Shown here one piece after another: positions 16,557-18,980 of a DNA stretch of 18,980 nt. The notes under the pieces are model-generated. The model made no database searches and had not been told where the DNA came from. It saw nothing but the letters and a program-made list of their open reading frames with translations. Location of the stretch: NCBI GenBank assembly GCA_043800755.1, contig JAZDMQ010000066.1, forward strand, positions 1-18,980, given 5' to 3'. Source of the DNA: a bacterium (lineage in GTDB: Bacteria > Methylomirabilota > Methylomirabilia > CAVQYV01). The position numbers and the translations under genes were made by a program. Each line of letters begins with the position of its first letter. Positions within the stretch are counted from its first letter, which is position 1.

Positions 16557-18038
16557 ATGAAAGGCATGCAAGTCATCCTCACCGCCCTCTTAGCGGTGGG
16601 ACTGCTCTGTCTCTTGCCTGCCCAGGGGCTCGCGGCCGAAAAATCCCTGGCCGATATCCTCAAGGAAAAAGGCGTCATCACCGAAGAGGAATATCAGCAG
16701 GTGAAGCAGATGGAGGAGGCCCAGAAGGCAGAAGAAGCCAAGAAGGTGGAGGAAGCTGCCAAAAAGGCAGAGGAAGCCGCCAAAAAGGCCACTGCGGCGG
16801 CGGAGAAGCCCGCCTCGGTGGTCGCCGGCTATCAGAAGGGCTTCTTCCTCCAGACCCCGGACGGGAAGTTCAAGGCTCTCTTCACCGGATATCTCCGGCC
16901 TGAGCTACGCCTTTACGAGAACAACACCTCCCAGGACAATCAATTCATGATACGCCAGGCCCGTTTCATCCTCGATGGATTTTACGGAAAATACTGGCAG
17001 AGCCGTATCGCCGGGGAATTCTCCACTCCCAGTGACGGCAAGTTCCTCAAGTACGCCTACCTGAATTGCAGCTATCTTCCAGATCTTCAGGTGCGGGCCG
17101 GACAGTTCAAGGCCCCCTTCAGCCGTGAATATCTGACCTCCATGCCCGACGTAGATACCATCGAGCGGAGCATGATCACCGAGAACCTGGTCCCCAAATA
17201 TGACATCGGCCTAATGCTCCACGGGCCAAAGGTGCTCGGGGGAGTGCTCAACTACGGAATCGGGGTCTTCAACGGCTACGGCGCCAACAATTCTGACGAG
17301 AACGATGACAAGGATCTGATCGCCAGGTTGGTGCTCGCCCCCTTTGTCACCAGCGATGTGGCAGCCGTCAAGGGTCTGGAGATCGGTGGTTCCTATCAAT
17401 TTGGGCGGCAGCTCAAGTATGAGTTTCAACCGAAGCTCCCCACGGATTGGGCCATGTTCAAAAAAACGACCTGTCGCGGAGATCGTGAGCGCTATGGTGT
17501 CGATCTGGCTTACAAGATAGGGCCCTTCAAGCTGCAGGGAGAATACATCTATCAGCGGGCAGAGCGGGAGAAACAGGTCCGGGTGAATCCGAGTACCCAT
17601 CAGATCGTCAGCTCTGGTGGAAAGCTGATCGATGCCCCGGATTTGATTACCCAGGGTTGGTATGTCCTGGGCACCCTGTTCGTTTGGGGCAACGAAGAGA
17701 AGGGCGTTCAGATGGTGGGGCGCTACGAGCAGATGGATTTCGATGACAAGGACGCCTCGAACGATTACTTAGAGGCCAATCCGGTGGGGAAGAACTCCCT
17801 TCTGAACCCCTACGGAAATGAGTTGAACAAGCGTGGAAATACCGCCGATGTCCTGACCTTGGGGATGAACTTTTTCCCCATGAAGAATGTGAAGCTGGCC
17901 TTCAACTGGTTCTATCAGACCATGGATAACATCTACACCACGGATAAGGTCAAACATGATACCGAGGGCAACGAGTATTTCACGGCCAAAGGCGGACCCA
18001 TGAATGCCTTCTACTTCCTGACCCAGGTGAGATGGTAG
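16557..18038 (+). CDS. outer-membrane porin, phosphate-selective OprO/OprP family (493 aa)
   Basis: Signal peptide; LADILKEKGVITEEEY plus Ala/Glu/Lys coiled coil; GFFLQTPDG, FMIRQAR, VRAGQFKAPFSREY, IERS, GVFNG; C-terminal aromatic ...TQVRW. The start could also be 16551, 16554 or 16467. Confidence 0.85.
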   Translation: MKGMQVILTALLAVGLLCLLPAQGLAAEKSLADILKEKGVITEEEYQQVKQMEEAQKAEEAKKVEEAAKKAEEAAKKATAAAEKPASVVAGYQKGFFLQTPDGKFKALFTGYLRPELRLYENNTSQDNQFMIRQARFILDGFYGKYWQSRIAGEFSTPSDGKFLKYAYLNCSYLPDLQVRAGQFKAPFSREYLTSMPDVDTIERSMITENLVPKYDIGLMLHGPKVLGGVLNYGIGVFNGYGANNSDENDDKDLIARLVLAPFVTSDVAAVKGLEIGGSYQFGRQLKYEFQPKLPTDWAMFKKTTCRGDRERYGVDLAYKIGPFKLQGEYIYQRAEREKQVRVNPSTHQIVSSGGKLIDAPDLITQGWYVLGTLFVWGNEEKGVQMVGRYEQMDFDDKDASNDYLEANPVGKNSLLNPYGNELNKRGNTADVLTLGMNFFPMKNVKLAFNWFYQTMDNIYTTDKVKHDTEGNEYFTAKGGPMNAFYFLTQVRW

Positions 18039-18144
18039 CAGGGGGTGGAGAAGGCTGCTCGTTGTTTGCTGCTACGACCTGTTCACCGGAGACCTGGATC
18101 CCGAAACCGTGCTCGAGGAGCTGATCCCCTGGTGGGAAGTGGGA

Positions 18145-18188
18145 ATGTGCCCTGCCTGAATCGACACTCAAGCAGGGCACATCGTTTT
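18145..18188 (+). terminator. stem-loop/possible terminator between porin and TupA-like gene
   Basis: ATGTGCCCTGC...GCAGGGCACAT followed by CGTTTT. Confidence 0.55.
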
Positions 18189-18264
18189 CAGGAACCGAGG
18201 CTCCCCTGACCGAAGCTCCTTGGGCAAGGCCTGTTCATTCTCTCTCACCTCAGGAGGTCAAATC

Positions 18265-18980
18265 ATGTCTCAATCGATCAAGAACGCCTCGACATCGTGG
18301 AGTATACTGCTGTTCTTGGGTTTCGTAGTACTCTTCGCCAGCCCAGGATTCGCCCAGGAGAAGTACGATGGGGTGTATGGAGATGGGGGGAATCGTTTCG
18401 TCCTGACCACCGGCAGCCCGGGGGAGTTGGGATTGTTAAAAGCGCTGGGGGAGGCCTTCGCCCAGCAGGAGAAGGCGACACTCCTGTGGAAAAAGGCCGG
18501 ATCGGGTGAGACCCTGAAGCTGCTGAAAGAAAAAAAGGTGGATGCCATCATGGTCCACGATCCGGAGGGGGAGAAGAAGGCCATCACGGAAGGATGGGCC
18601 ATGGGGCGCACCCTGATCGGATCGAATGAGTTTTTCATTGTGGGCCCAACAGACGACCCGGCGGGAATCAGCTCCGTCAAGAGCGCGGTGGAGGCCTATC
18701 AGAAGATCGCCGCGGCGCATGCAAAGTTCTTCTCTCGGGGCGATAACTCTGGAACCCACAAAAAGGAACTCGCTGTCTGGAAGAAGGCTGGCATCGAGCC
18801 TAAAGGGGATTGGTACCAGATCACGGGCGGATTCATGAAGGCAACCCTCAAGCGAGCCAACGATGAGAAGGGTTACTTCATGACCGACAGCAGCACCTGG
18901 ATCATGGAGAAAACCAATCTTCCCGACCTGAAGGTCCTGTTCCGGGGCGACAAGTTCCTGGTCAACACCTATCACACCCT
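18265..18980 (+). CDS. TupA-like tungstate/oxyanion ABC transporter substrate-binding protein (partial, runs off window)
   Basis: Not in the ORF track because it has no stop in the window. ATG after AGGAGG; MSQSIKN...signal peptide, TTGSPGELG, AGSG, MVHDP, SNEFFIVGPTDDPA, FFSRGDNSGTHKKE, MTDSST, LVNTYH. Confidence 0.88.
   Translation, partial: MSQSIKNASTSWSILLFLGFVVLFASPGFAQEKYDGVYGDGGNRFVLTTGSPGELGLLKALGEAFAQQEKATLLWKKAGSGETLKLLKEKKVDAIMVHDPEGEKKAITEGWAMGRTLIGSNEFFIVGPTDDPAGISSVKSAVEAYQKIAAAHAKFFSRGDNSGTHKKELAVWKKAGIEPKGDWYQITGGFMKATLKRANDEKGYFMTDSSTWIMEKTNLPDLKVLFRGDKFLVNTYHT

Noticed and set aside
18040-18159. Protein-like frame ...CCYDLFTGDLDPETVLEELIPWWEVGMCPA* after the porin
   Set aside because: No start codon or RBS in that frame; cannot be distinguished from chance or a remnant without a search

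Overview
GC-rich bacterial DNA, probably from an anaerobic Gram-negative organism (Deltaproteobacteria/Desulfobacterota-like; this is an inference). Left end (1-1390, - strand): an integron cassette array fragment with two attC sites, one complete cassette encoding a 2xCxxC protein and a sigma70-like promoter. No integrase is in view. The next cassette gene is cut by the GGGTCAGG-repeat end of a probable RAYT/IS200-like element. Then on the + strand: GNAT acetyltransferase, VOC protein, truncated flavin reductase, PabB-PabC fusion, two-subunit GctAB-like CoA-transferase and a Tat-exported amidase. The amidase converges on a penicillin G acylase-family Ntn hydrolase. Right half: a small secreted protein, then two tandem paralogous secreted proteins, each with one CxxCH heme-c motif ahead of 13 PD40/TolB-type repeats. 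Last comes a P3-less Moco-family (Tuco-type) riboswitch with tandem terminators upstream of an OprO/OprP-type porin and a TupA-like periplasmic binding protein. Best novelty candidates: the heme-c/double beta-propeller pair and the riboswitch-controlled porin + TupA-like uptake module.
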